From IMG/VR virus record IMGVR_UViG_3300023176_002545: a stretch of 64,000 nucleotides of DNA. One strand, 5' to 3'. How positions within the stretch are numbered: position 1 is the first letter of the stretch; each line of letters begins with the position of its first letter. The position numbers and the translations under genes were made by a program. The notes beneath the pieces are model-generated. The model saw nothing but the letters and a program-made list of their open reading frames with translations, ran no database searches and had not been told where the DNA came from. This document shows positions 49,764-59,191 of this stretch, piece after piece. Source of the stretch: a virus.

Positions 49764-50078
49764 TTATCCTTTTGGCTGAGCTTCCTGGGCAGCTTTAGCA
49801 GCTTCTGCTTGCTTTTGAACTTCTTCTAGGAACCCATTTAGTTTATCATAAAGCGTACCTACAGTAACCATTTCGCCTGGGCGGAATGCACCACGTGCTG
49901 ATGCAACATCAATTAATGTACGCATAGCGGCAAGATCTTGAATGTTTAGTTCTTTGCCTTGTGGCTCTTGTGCAGGTGCTTCACCTTTAGTAGCGTTCTG
50001 CAACTCTTCTGCTTTAGCGGCTGCTTGAGCTACTTGTGCATCATGTGCTTCTGCTACGGTCTTTGTTTCTTCAGTCAT
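49764..50078 (-). CDS. Hypothetical protein, 104 aa, Ala/Glu/Gln-rich
   Basis: AAGGAG SD; TATAAGTA motif at 50115-50108 upstream. Confidence 0.75.
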   Translation of the reverse strand: MTEETKTVAEAHDAQVAQAAAKAEELQNATKGEAPAQEPQGKELNIQDLAAMRTLIDVASARGAFRPGEMVTVGTLYDKLNGFLEEVQKQAEAAKAAQEAQPKG

Positions 50079-50127
50079 ATCTTTCTCCTTTGATTGAATT
50101 GTACAATTACTTATAACTGTTATTATC

Positions 50128-50406
50128 TTAGTACTTTAAAAGTGGACAAGCTAATTGGAAATAACTTGCTTCTGATGGGTTTTCAAACCCTATTCTGAGT
50201 ACTGTACGCTGTTGAGCTTCTATATCTACATGTTTGTTTAGATAGTATCTACCAGATAAGTTATGTGTAATCCACGTATCAATTGCAGATTCCATATTGT
50301 ATCTTAGTTTTTCTATATCAACAAAATGTAAATGTTCTGCAGGATAATGATATTTCCTGCAATTAAAATAGTCTAAAGGATTAGGCTTTCCTTTAATTAT
50401 TGGCAT
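50128..50406 (-). CDS. Hypothetical protein, 92 aa
   Basis: TAATG overlap with the VWA gene stop. Confidence 0.65.
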   Translation of the reverse strand: MPIIKGKPNPLDYFNCRKYHYPAEHLHFVDIEKLRYNMESAIDTWITHNLSGRYYLNKHVDIEAQQRTVLRIGFENPSEASYFQLACPLLKY

Positions 50407-51638
50407 TATGCAGCCTCTTCGTAGTGTGCTGTAACACCAAACGGTGCTTGAATGTCCTTTCGACCATTACTGTGAATTACAAATACTGTATCACAGTAAT
50501 CTTCTTCACCCCAGCTACCCCATGGGTAACCGTCTGTAAACATAATAAACTTCTTAGGAACAATATCATTTTCTTTCATGTATTCCCAATTAGCCATAAA
50601 CTCTGTGCCGCCACCGCCATAGATTTCATAGTCCATAATATCTTCGCCAGTATCTGAACCAAAATCTTGTTCGTTATAAACAGCAGTGTCAAAACACCAC
50701 AACTTAATATTGTATTCTTTGTATTCTTCCATAATGCCTTTGATCTCGCCTAGGAAGTCTTTTGCCTGTTCATCACCAATTGAACCGCTCATATCTAGTG
50801 CAATACAAATATCAATAGTTTGATCAAAGTTCATACCTGGAAGTACTGCACCGGTGTGCCAACCCTTACGTGAAGGACGACTAAATGTATAATCGTTACG
50901 AATAGTACTTTGAATCTGTTGACGTAGTAGTTCACGCCAATTCATCTTAGGCTCAGTAAGCTCTTTGATCATACGCTGAATTTCACCAGGTACATTACCA
51001 GCACCTGCACTCTGTGCGGCATTGATCATTGATTCTTTAATTTCGTCACGGATCTTACGAAGTTCTTCTTTAGTGTAAGAAGGACGGCTACCTTTGCCTT
51101 CGCCGTCTTGTTCTTCACCACTTTTACCTTCGCCTTTGTCCTTGTCGCCTTCGCCTTCCCAGTCAATGTGTTCGTCTAGTAGTTGGCCTAGTGCTTCGAG
51201 TTCTTCGTCATCATACTTTCCGTAGATGTCATCGTAAACAGCTTCTGAACTCCAACCTTCGTATTTGAAGTCTTGGAAAATTGGAAACTGATCTACTTTT
51301 TCACCAATGCGTTCACGCACCAAAGTATTGTTTACAATGTAATCTGCGGCAATATTATAAATTTTAGGATCACGATCTTCACGGCGTGTTAAGTGATCAT
51401 ATACGCAGTGTAAAATTTCGTGTGCAATAACAAACTCAATTTGTCGAGTTGTTAGTTGTTCAAAAAACTGTCTGTTCCAATATAAGTTGCGACCATCTGT
51501 TGCCGCGGTAGGAAGCCAATCGTTATTCTCAATAATTCTGAGTCGAGTAGCCATGTTACCAAAAAACGGATGACGCATTAGCAAGCCAATACGTGCTACA
51601 ATAATTTTATCTAGAATTTCATCACCAGTTTGTTGCAT
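50406..51638 (-). CDS. VWA domain protein with N-terminal HExxH metallopeptidase-like domain (DUF2201-type)
   Basis: AATDG...AHEILHCVYDH; acidic/Gly linker; MIDAS DMSGS...GGGT...TDG. Start moved to ATG 51638 after an AAGGA SD. Confidence 0.85.
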   Translation of the reverse strand: MQQTGDEILDKIIVARIGLLMRHPFFGNMATRLRIIENNDWLPTAATDGRNLYWNRQFFEQLTTRQIEFVIAHEILHCVYDHLTRREDRDPKIYNIAADYIVNNTLVRERIGEKVDQFPIFQDFKYEGWSSEAVYDDIYGKYDDEELEALGQLLDEHIDWEGEGDKDKGEGKSGEEQDGEGKGSRPSYTKEELRKIRDEIKESMINAAQSAGAGNVPGEIQRMIKELTEPKMNWRELLRQQIQSTIRNDYTFSRPSRKGWHTGAVLPGMNFDQTIDICIALDMSGSIGDEQAKDFLGEIKGIMEEYKEYNIKLWCFDTAVYNEQDFGSDTGEDIMDYEIYGGGGTEFMANWEYMKENDIVPKKFIMFTDGYPWGSWGEEDYCDTVFVIHSNGRKDIQAPFGVTAHYEEAA

Positions 51639-51664
51639 AGCCTGTTCCTTCATTTTCTATATAT

Positions 51665-51693
51665 AGTATAACAGTATTTAATAGGATTGTCAA
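51665..51693 (-). promoter_or_regulatory. Sigma70 promoter TTGACA-N17-TATACT (extended -10) with TAAATA in the spacer
   Basis: -35 at 51693-51688, -10 at 51670-51665. Confidence 0.75.
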
Positions 51694-51702
51694 GAGGAAT
51701 AT

Positions 51703-51734
51703 AAAATTAGGGGATCCATTTCTGAATCCCCTAA
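51703..51734 (-). terminator. Intrinsic terminator after the AAA ATPase gene
   Basis: Perfect 9-bp inverted repeat TTAGGGGAT (51707-51715) / ATCCCCTAA (51726-51734), followed by UUUU on the - strand. Confidence 0.7.
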
Positions 51735-51742
51735 AGTGGGCT

Positions 51743-52831
51743 TTAGCCCTTCTGGGCAGCCGCGATATACTTGCCGTAGTTCTCGTGGAACTCATCAAAG
51801 TTATCAAGCTCATCCGGGTCAATTGGCAAACCGTATTGTGTAATAGCAAGTTTGACACCCATTACAATAAGCTCAGTCTCAAAGTTATCCATCGCAAAAC
51901 GCAGATAGTTATCAACCATTTCGTTGAACTTGTCTGAGTTTTTATCAGATGCTTCTTTGAGTTCGTAGCAGAGTGAGACCGTTAAGGAATACATGGCACT
52001 GATTTCTTTGGTCTTAAGCTCTTTAACTTTACCAACAAGAATATCAGTTGGGTTAGGCATGCTTGCGGCAAACTTGCGGTGTGCCATAAACTTTACTGCC
52101 AAACCTTCACCTACTGCTCCAGAAACTAGATCGGTAGTTGTGTTTTCGTCATCGTCGTCTTCAAGCAACTCAGAAACAAAAGACCAACTACGTGGTGTTG
52201 CGAAAGAACGTGAAGGACTCTTAGGATCAAAGTCATACAAGTCTTTCTTAGAAAAAGTCAAGTAACCTACAACGTCTTTGTGGATTTTGTTTTCAGCGGC
52301 CCACTGGAACCAGTCTTCAAAATCAACTGCCATTTCCAAGTGAACAAAACGGTTAGCTAACGGAGCAGGCATACGATAAGTAACACCTTTGTCTGCTTCG
52401 CGGTTACCTGCCGCAATAATAAGAACGTTGTCTGGAAGGACATACTGTCCAACTCGACGGTTAAGAATAAGTTGATATGCTGCCGCTTGTACTGCTGGAG
52501 CCGCAGAGTTCATTTCGTCTAGGAAAAGAACAATGTGGTCGTATTTTGCAGCCATTTCTGCATCAGGCAATTCCATTGGAGGAGCCCATTTCATGCAGTT
52601 GTCATTTGCCGCATAGTACGGGATACCTTTAATGTCTGTAGGTTCCCAAAGTGAAAGTCGAATGTCAATTAGATGACTATTGTTAAAGCCTTCGGTAATC
52701 TGCTTTACAATGTCTGATTTACCAATACCTGGAGGACCCCATAAAAAGATTGGACGCTTTTTACTAAAAGCTCGTTGAATGCTTTTCTTAGCATTGTTTG
52801 GAGTCACGGTACGAACTGCGATATTTTCCAT
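51743..52831 (-). CDS. MoxR-like AAA+ ATPase
   Basis: Walker A GPPGIGKS, Walker B LFLDE, AAGNR, LANRF; start moved to ATG 52831 after a GAGGGA SD. Confidence 0.9.
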   Translation of the reverse strand: MENIAVRTVTPNNAKKSIQRAFSKKRPIFLWGPPGIGKSDIVKQITEGFNNSHLIDIRLSLWEPTDIKGIPYYAANDNCMKWAPPMELPDAEMAAKYDHIVLFLDEMNSAAPAVQAAAYQLILNRRVGQYVLPDNVLIIAAGNREADKGVTYRMPAPLANRFVHLEMAVDFEDWFQWAAENKIHKDVVGYLTFSKKDLYDFDPKSPSRSFATPRSWSFVSELLEDDDDENTTTDLVSGAVGEGLAVKFMAHRKFAASMPNPTDILVGKVKELKTKEISAMYSLTVSLCYELKEASDKNSDKFNEMVDNYLRFAMDNFETELIVMGVKLAITQYGLPIDPDELDNFDEFHENYGKYIAAAQKG

Positions 52832-52882
52832 TTGTATTCCCTCTTGTGTCATTCAGTGCCAGTTATTTCTAACTATGTATAT

Positions 52883-52911
52883 ATAATAGCATCGCCCTAG
52901 GCAAAGGTCAA
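52883..52911 (-). promoter_or_regulatory. Sigma70 promoter TTGACC-N17-TATTAT (extended -10)
   Basis: -35 at 52911-52906, -10 at 52888-52883. Confidence 0.7.
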
Positions 52912-52929
52912 CCACTTTTTTGCTGAAAA

Positions 52930-54246
52930 TTAAATCTTTTCGCCAATTTCAAATCCGCGGAATGTTTTAAATCGCGGAAAACGTAGACTATATGTGCCGT
53001 CTTGATTTTGGGTAACAGCGTCTGCTCTAACCTCTACTAGATTGCTGATAATAGCATCACGATGGTTCCAAAAATCATCGCGGTTAGCATCACTAAACCC
53101 ACTACCGACATTAACGCGAATATCTTTTCCATCATCGGTCCCGGAGCATACAAACGCTCCCAATCTGCCTTCATTCCTGCCAGTACCTTCTTCAACATCT
53201 ACTACCTCCAATGTTACTTCAATAAATGGCTTTGCTTTGAGCCAAGCATGAGTTCGTTTGCATTCGTATGGTGCATCAACATCCTTGATCATTACACCTT
53301 CGTAACCACCGTCTACAGCCGCTTTATTAAGCTCTACAAAGCGTTTTTGTCCTTCATCAGTGTCTAAGTCTACTGTTTCCCAGTCCAACGCTTGTACGTG
53401 CTTTAAGACGTCTTTATGCTCCTCTACCCAATGCTTGGTAATAGCACTTCTAAACGACTGAGGCTTATCCCACTTACCGTTTTTAAAGTTACCTAGCGGA
53501 ATAGTATCAAAAACGTGTAGTACAGCATCGCCTGCGGCTACGTTATCCTTACGATGTACTTGCTTCATTAGATCCTGGAAGTTTGAACTCATTACCTCAC
53601 CGTCTAGCACCAGCGGATACGGCACAGGATACTCTTGCACCACAGCACGAATTTCTTCAATGATGTGATCAAAGTTATGAAACTGTTTTCCGTTGCGGCT
53701 GTACATTTCAATCTTCTTGCCGTGACGATCGTGAATAACACATAGTACACGAACGCCATCAAGTTTAACTTCGATCTGTTTCTTGCCAGTCATTTTCTTT
53801 TCGTGATTGGCTGAGTCATGTGCAAGAGCACAAGTGAATACAGGTACAGTACCAGGCACCACTTTGTTCACGGTCTTTTCACTTACTCCGCAACGTAGGT
53901 CCTTGATAAGGATACGACGATACCAATCATTCCACTGTTCTGTAGTAGCAACACTCATTGCTAATTCAATAGCATCACGAGCTGCGTGTCCTGTCAACGC
54001 ACGAGCATTTAGATCGTGTGCCAAATCAAGAAAGACATCCCATGACAAACCTTGTCCAGTTAATACATCTGAACGCACAGGAACCTGCTTTACACCAAAA
54101 GTGTACAGTGGATCTAGTGCCATACGCAATCCTTCAAAGAACTCTGGAAGTCCTTCTTCGTGTGCCGCTCGTAGAATATCTTCTTTATTGATGCGACTGT
54201 TGTGGATTTCAAGTTGTCGGATAATGCTGTCTGGTTGCGTTCTCAT
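52930..54246 (-). CDS. lig: ATP-dependent DNA ligase
   Basis: KLDGVR (motif I), LDGE, FD, EGVMIK, WLKAK, OB-fold ...SLRFPRF. Confidence 0.95.
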   Translation of the reverse strand: MRTQPDSIIRQLEIHNSRINKEDILRAAHEEGLPEFFEGLRMALDPLYTFGVKQVPVRSDVLTGQGLSWDVFLDLAHDLNARALTGHAARDAIELAMSVATTEQWNDWYRRILIKDLRCGVSEKTVNKVVPGTVPVFTCALAHDSANHEKKMTGKKQIEVKLDGVRVLCVIHDRHGKKIEMYSRNGKQFHNFDHIIEEIRAVVQEYPVPYPLVLDGEVMSSNFQDLMKQVHRKDNVAAGDAVLHVFDTIPLGNFKNGKWDKPQSFRSAITKHWVEEHKDVLKHVQALDWETVDLDTDEGQKRFVELNKAAVDGGYEGVMIKDVDAPYECKRTHAWLKAKPFIEVTLEVVDVEEGTGRNEGRLGAFVCSGTDDGKDIRVNVGSGFSDANRDDFWNHRDAIISNLVEVRADAVTQNQDGTYSLRFPRFKTFRGFEIGEKI

Positions 54247-54406
54247 AATATTCTGGTTCCATGCCTAATGATTTGTGAAAGTCAAATACTTCATACCCTT
54301 TTAACATATATATTATAGCATCACGAGGGGGGCAGAGCAAGAGTTTTTCTTCCGTTTTCTTGCCCTGCTCCCATTTTTCAATGCTATAAAGACGATGTTC
54401 AATCAT
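54209..54406 (-). CDS. Possible 65-aa protein overlapping the ligase promoter and 5' end
   Basis: ATGA overlap with the phosphoesterase stop supports translation, but the ORF contains the promoter and overlaps lig by 38 nt. Confidence 0.35.
   Translation of the reverse strand: MIEHRLYSIEKWEQGKKTEEKLLLCPPRDAIIYMLKGYEVFDFHKSLGMEPEYYENATRQHYPTT
54312..54340 (-). promoter_or_regulatory. Sigma70 promoter TTGCTC-N17-TATAAT (extended -10)
   Basis: -35 at 54340-54335, -10 at 54317-54312; shares GATGC-TAT(A/T)AT-ATATA with the 52883 promoter. Confidence 0.65.
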
Positions 54407-54936
54407 CGTACTCTCAATTCCTCAATGTTAATTGGAGTGTAGTTGATTTGCTCAACACACACGCATTTGTGGAACTCAGTTGGCGATGGATTCTGGTGAA
54501 TGTGTCCGTGTACGTTTACCATACTGCCTTCGCCGAATCTGTGACTTTCCGCCAATGTACTGTTGTGTACAGGAACGTGAGTCAACAACAATCCAAACTC
54601 TGGAAACATTCTCCACATGTCGATCTTGCCCCACCAGCCGCCAGCAGCGTGGAACTTGATGTTGTCGTGGTTACCGACGATCAAACGCTTCTGTCCGTTC
54701 AAGCGAGGCATGTTAGTGTCCATCCACTCTTGTTTGCGAGTGCCAAACAACACATCGCCCAAGTGGTACACTTTGTCACCTGGCTTGACTACACTGTTCC
54801 AGTTAGCAATCATAGTCTCGTTCATTTCGTCTACGTCCGCGAAGTTACGAGTAGGTTTGCCAACCTTGTCAGTGAAGTTTAAGATGTTGGCGTGATCAAA
54901 GTGTGTGTCACTGATTACCCAAATATCTCTTGCCAT
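54403..54936 (-). CDS. Calcineurin-like metallophosphoesterase, 177 aa
   Basis: SDTH, GD, GNHD, TH, HGHIH motifs; AGAGGG SD. Confidence 0.9.
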   Translation of the reverse strand: MARDIWVISDTHFDHANILNFTDKVGKPTRNFADVDEMNETMIANWNSVVKPGDKVYHLGDVLFGTRKQEWMDTNMPRLNGQKRLIVGNHDNIKFHAAGGWWGKIDMWRMFPEFGLLLTHVPVHNSTLAESHRFGEGSMVNVHGHIHQNPSPTEFHKCVCVEQINYTPINIEELRVR

Positions 54937-54981
54937 AGTGTTACCCTCTTATCTAATATTTGTTAGTTTAATTTCATTTAA

Positions 54982-55686
54982 CTAGTTTGTCAAGTGGTTT
55001 ATAATAAATTTGGCAACTTTTTTGAATGCATAACTATTCAAATGACAACCGTCTTCTATACTAATGTCGTTTTTTAGCATACGATCATACTTTTTAATGT
55101 AGTTTGATGTTGCTTCTAGCCAAACACTTACATCAGCGTGTTTTAAGTTACCCATAAGTTTTAAGTCACCGCTGCCATCATGTACACTGTACTTTTCTGT
55201 GTCTATTGTACTATCTAAAAAATTTAGTATACTAGGTATAACTACTTTGATGTTATGTGTTTTGTAGTTGTCTATTCTACTAAGTCCACCTAAACATAAT
55301 ACTTTAGTGTTGTATTGTAATTGAATAGCGTCTAATCTGTCAAGTATTTCTTTTTGTCTTGTAACTAGTATGTTTTCTAAATCTATGTGATGTGGAAGAG
55401 AATCTTCGTTTGAATCTCTTCTGTGTCGTAACAAATCACTTTGTATAAAAATAACACAAGGATAATTATGATATTCTAATGCACATTCTATGCTATCTAG
55501 TATATCGTAATTATTGTAGCCGCCACATGAAATGTTTTGTACACTAATATGTTCGTCTAGATGTGTAGCAAGTCCTTGATGTTCGTGCGGCACACCCCAG
55601 CTATCAGCACACAATAATACCTTACATGTCTTGTCTAGTAAATGTGTATCTCGTGGTAGTTGATGTGTATCTAAACGTTTTTTCAT
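54982..55686 (-). CDS. SGNH/GDSL-like hydrolase, 234 aa
   Basis: CADSWG (block I variant), SCGGYNN (block II), DGCHLN (block V DxxH). Confidence 0.5.
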   Translation of the reverse strand: MKKRLDTHQLPRDTHLLDKTCKVLLCADSWGVPHEHQGLATHLDEHISVQNISCGGYNNYDILDSIECALEYHNYPCVIFIQSDLLRHRRDSNEDSLPHHIDLENILVTRQKEILDRLDAIQLQYNTKVLCLGGLSRIDNYKTHNIKVVIPSILNFLDSTIDTEKYSVHDGSGDLKLMGNLKHADVSVWLEATSNYIKKYDRMLKNDISIEDGCHLNSYAFKKVAKFIINHLTN

Positions 55687-56063
55687 TGTTCTTTGGATTG
55701 CCTGTTCATTGCTTTTGTAAGTCCATACTTGCGTATGTCTCCGCTGAAAAGATGCAATTCGACTGCTTTCTTTTCATCAGTAACTACAATGCCATGACGT
55801 CCAACCCAATAAGGACAATTAATAAATCTGTCTAAAAAAATAATAACTTGGCTAGTTATTTTAAAGTCTTTTGGAAAAGGAACATCGTATGTTTGTATTT
55901 GTAGTTCCTCGGTGATGAACATCATCCCTTCATCAGTTAATCTAAGGCCACCGTTAAGTCGTGTGTTTTGCCACCATACAGGCAAGTTTTGTTTTAAAGT
56001 AACTTCGTTAACTGCTTGTCCTGATGATCTTAGAAAAACTTTTGTAAGGGATTCTTTATTCAT
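55683..56063 (-). CDS. Hypothetical protein, 126 aa
   Basis: ATG 56063 overlapping the upstream stop region; continuous operon. Confidence 0.7.
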   Translation of the reverse strand: MNKESLTKVFLRSSGQAVNEVTLKQNLPVWWQNTRLNGGLRLTDEGMMFITEELQIQTYDVPFPKDFKITSQVIIFLDRFINCPYWVGRHGIVVTDEKKAVELHLFSGDIRKYGLTKAMNRQSKEQ

Positions 56064-56349
56064 TTTCACTTTCTATTGTCCCCTGAGTAAGTTTATAAAC
56101 GGCAAACTCGTCGGTGTCGAATAGAGTGTTTAATTTTTTTGATAAGTTATGTGCGTGGCCTGGGTTAGAAAAACTTGTTTTCTTATATTTAGGTCCTGGA
56201 TAGCTCGTTAACATATTAGAGCTTTTTAAGTTAAAAGGCTTTCCCTGGAAAAACACAGCCCAGATTGCTTCAGAGTCAAGAATTTGTTCTACTTTGTAAG
56301 TTTTCTTATTTACATGCTCTAATAGCACATTTGGTTTAGGTCTGCTCAT
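56056..56349 (-). CDS. Hypothetical protein, 97 aa
   Basis: AAGGA SD; upstream hairpin and TAAATA motif. Confidence 0.75.
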   Translation of the reverse strand: MSRPKPNVLLEHVNKKTYKVEQILDSEAIWAVFFQGKPFNLKSSNMLTSYPGPKYKKTSFSNPGHAHNLSKKLNTLFDTDEFAVYKLTQGTIESENE

Positions 56350-56386
56350 ATGCGTATTTCCTTAAAATAAACTACGCATATATTTA
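56348..56386 (-). promoter_or_regulatory. RBS-occluding hairpin plus putative late promoter
   Basis: Perfect 9-bp inverted repeat at 56348-56356 / 56373-56381; SD in the loop, AUG at the stem base; TAAATA at 56386-56381. Confidence 0.55.
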
Positions 56387-56394
56387 TCCTTTTT

Positions 56395-56646
56395 TTAGCT
56401 TTTGCCCCAACCTGAACCGCCATCTAATTCAACGGTAATATCTTCTGTAGATGTGTTTGATGAAGAGTTTCTTAATAGATCTTCGTAGTTGCCTGCAAGT
56501 CTTGACATAACAATACCTAGAGTATTTGCTAGTGTACGAGCAGTTGCCATAGTAAGTTTTACTTCTTTCTGATTGGCTTTGTCTAACTGTTCAACAGTTT
56601 TAATAAACTGCTGTATTGGCAATGTATTCAATGGTTCACTTGGCAC
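56395..56646 (-). CDS. Hypothetical protein, 83 aa (GTG start)
   Basis: GGAG SD; overlaps the upstream stop. Confidence 0.65.
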   Translation of the reverse strand: MPSEPLNTLPIQQFIKTVEQLDKANQKEVKLTMATARTLANTLGIVMSRLAGNYEDLLRNSSSNTSTEDITVELDGGSGWGKS

Positions 56647-57103
56647 GACTCAACTCCTGACGCATTTCAATATCTGTTTTAAAAGGTCCTTTATATTCAT
56701 ATCGCTCAAGTGTAATTAGCTTAGGACAATGACTTTTAACCCAACCTTTGTCAAATTTAATAATATAGTAACCTGCACAATAAAGACTCTTTGACTTTTC
56801 ACTTTTAGTAAACAGTGGAAGGTTGCGTTTCACATCATACATAGTATTGTATGGTTTTCCGCTGGTTGTGTAACCATTAATTTCTTTTACATCATCAACA
56901 CTAACAATTTTAGTTTTTGCTTCAAAAAAGTCAGGACCAAATGTTTTGATAAGAGACTTTTTGCTATTGTAATTGCTTACACCTCTAGCACTACTAATCA
57001 CATACTTGTTATTTTCATCTATACGTAACGTACCTACTCTAGTTCCTTGTTCTTCTAAGATCCAGAACTTCCCGTCAAGTATAGGCTTTGCTTTTACAGT
57101 CAT
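56636..57103 (-). CDS. Hypothetical protein, 155 aa
   Basis: GAGG SD; ATGA overlap with the rnh stop. Confidence 0.75.
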   Translation of the reverse strand: MTVKAKPILDGKFWILEEQGTRVGTLRIDENNKYVISSARGVSNYNSKKSLIKTFGPDFFEAKTKIVSVDDVKEINGYTTSGKPYNTMYDVKRNLPLFTKSEKSKSLYCAGYYIIKFDKGWVKSHCPKLITLERYEYKGPFKTDIEMRQELSRAK

Positions 57104-58086
57104 ACAGGGTACCTCGCTGCCAATGGTTTAGAATATTGTTCTGCTTGGTCTGCAATACGTTGCATATCCCATTTAGCACAGAACTTCATTAAGCGTAATC
57201 CAACTTGTGCAATTTCTTTAGGTTGCACAGATGTTACGGTATTATTTATAATCTCTCTAATCTCTGCAGGTTGTGCAGTCAAATCACAAAGAGTTACATT
57301 GCGATTGTAGTCATCTAGTACACGATGTTCATCGCCATTATGATCAACCCAACGCTGTAGCATAAGATTATTCCAGTTAAAACCTTTCGTTGTTTTATCT
57401 TCGAACGCTTCAAGTAATCCAACTTTGTTTTTTGTGCCTTTTGTTCGTACACCTGGGTAAGCACTGAATACGTTATCACTAGTATCTCCTCGCATACATT
57501 TTTCAAACAGTAACCATTGTGGATCAGGAGCACCTTTAGGCTCACCTGTCTTTTTATCTATAACAGGTTGCTTTTTCTTATCGTCAAAGTAACCTTCATG
57601 TGTAATAATTGTATTGCTAACACCATTGTACTGTTTTACATTAGGTGCAATAAGTTGTGCAAAGTCACCATCTGTACTAATAATAACGTGATCGTCATCT
57701 GGATGATTTTGTACCCAACCTGCAATAAGATCATCTGCTTCTAGTTGCGGATGTCGAATCATTGTACAGTTAGTTTTAGTATCAATAAAATCTTTAAACT
57801 CATCAAAGATTTCCCAAAACACTTTATCTTCTTCTGCTTCACGCGGATTCATTGCATCGCGTGTTTCTTGTCTGTTACGTTTGTATGGCTCGTAATAATC
57901 TTTACGCCAACTACGGCCTTCTAAACAAAACACCACATGATCTGCATTAAAGTCATTCCATGCTTTTTTAATGCTGTTAAGTGTAATGTGTAATGCCATA
58001 CCTACTTTAGTATCTACATCGCCACGTACAACATGACGAGCTCTAAAGAAAGTGTTAGCAGTGTCTACTAATACATATGTACTCAT
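57100..58086 (-). CDS. rnh: T4-type RNase H / 5'-3' exonuclease (FEN1/PIN family)
   Basis: LVDTAN, FCLEG, EADDLIA, STDGDF, GDTSDNV acidic motifs. Confidence 0.9.
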   Translation of the reverse strand: MSTYVLVDTANTFFRARHVVRGDVDTKVGMALHITLNSIKKAWNDFNADHVVFCLEGRSWRKDYYEPYKRNRQETRDAMNPREAEEDKVFWEIFDEFKDFIDTKTNCTMIRHPQLEADDLIAGWVQNHPDDDHVIISTDGDFAQLIAPNVKQYNGVSNTIITHEGYFDDKKKQPVIDKKTGEPKGAPDPQWLLFEKCMRGDTSDNVFSAYPGVRTKGTKNKVGLLEAFEDKTTKGFNWNNLMLQRWVDHNGDEHRVLDDYNRNVTLCDLTAQPAEIREIINNTVTSVQPKEIAQVGLRLMKFCAKWDMQRIADQAEQYSKPLAARYPV

Positions 58087-58796
58087 TTTTCAAATATTCT
58101 CTTCATTGATCGTTTAAACAGGTTGTACATGTCTTCTAACTTTAGTCCTGGATAGTAATCTTTTAAACTAGTTGCCTTTGCTTGTTCTTGCAGTAGTAGA
58201 TGTTTGCGATCAGAATCTTCAACTCTAACAAGTTTTACAGTGTCGTCTGTTCTAAATCTAACTGCATACAAAGGATCACCTCTTTTAAATTTTACTTCTG
58301 TTACGCCAGGCTTTACAAAAAACGTAAAGTTAGTAGGCCTGCACCATTTACTAATATTAAACTCACCTGGCATATTTGTCAAGTCTAAATTTACCAAAGG
58401 AGGCTGAACTATTTCCATTATAATGTTATCACCGTTGTTTACAAAATAGTATTGTAATCCAACGTTTATGCAAGGTATTCCGTTCATTAGTTTGCTTTCA
58501 GGTGCATTTACATCTAAATAAGGACCAAGTGGTCTTGATTTTGATCTAGTATTGCTAATGCCCCAATGCTCGTCGCTGATTTTTCCAATTGTAAAATCAA
58601 TAGGACTAGTAATATAGAATGTGTTTTTTACGTGGCTTGTAAATGCAGGACATTTAAAAACATCCATAGTACCATACTTGTCTTTAAGATAAGACAATAC
58701 AGGAACAGGTTCGTTAATCAAAAGATCATCTTCGAACAAGTTGCTTATTTGTTGTCTGGTACTGGACAACATTCCAAAATACTCAACAGTTTGCAT
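58083..58796 (-). CDS. Hypothetical protein, 237 aa (possible beta-clip/dUTPase-like C-terminal region)
   Basis: KCPAF...PGEFNISKWCRP...F.RGDPL pattern; TAATG overlap with the upstream gene. Confidence 0.6.
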   Translation of the reverse strand: MQTVEYFGMLSSTRQQISNLFEDDLLINEPVPVLSYLKDKYGTMDVFKCPAFTSHVKNTFYITSPIDFTIGKISDEHWGISNTRSKSRPLGPYLDVNAPESKLMNGIPCINVGLQYYFVNNGDNIIMEIVQPPLVNLDLTNMPGEFNISKWCRPTNFTFFVKPGVTEVKFKRGDPLYAVRFRTDDTVKLVRVEDSDRKHLLLQEQAKATSLKDYYPGLKLEDMYNLFKRSMKRIFEK

Positions 58797-59191
58797 TAAC
58801 TAACTTCGCTTTTGTCTTTGTCAATTGGCACTACGTTAATATAACCCATTCCTCTATCAGATGATTGACCATCTTCTTCTAGCATTTGAATAACAATAGT
58901 TCTAAACCATTTGTCAACTATCTGTTCAGGAGTTTCACCTTTGTATCCTGCATCAAGTAACTGTTCAATAAACTCGTTGTTCCAATCAAGTTCAAAGAAA
59001 CCGTTTCGAATATTATCAGGATTAATTTGTGTATCAAGTACAGCAACCCAAGGTTTGCCTTCTTTTGTTGCAGCCTGTTTTTCAGCCTCAAGAGCTTCTC
59101 GGCGAATTTCTTCCTGTGTCTTTTCTTTTACAGGTTCTTCAATCTTAGATTTGATTCCTGCATCTCTTACTAGTTTACTCCACCATCCCAT
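58796..59191 (-). CDS. Hypothetical protein, 131 aa
   Basis: AAGGAG SD; overlaps both neighbours. Confidence 0.75.
   Translation of the reverse strand: MGWWSKLVRDAGIKSKIEEPVKEKTQEEIRREALEAEKQAATKEGKPWVAVLDTQINPDNIRNGFFELDWNNEFIEQLLDAGYKGETPEQIVDKWFRTIVIQMLEEDGQSSDRGMGYINVVPIDKDKSEVS

Noticed and set aside
53042-54895. Antisense ORFs over lig and the phosphoesterase (e.g. 53807-54268, 54448-54882, 54617-54895)
   Set aside because: Expected shadows of GC-richer coding sequence; no motifs, SD or operon coupling.
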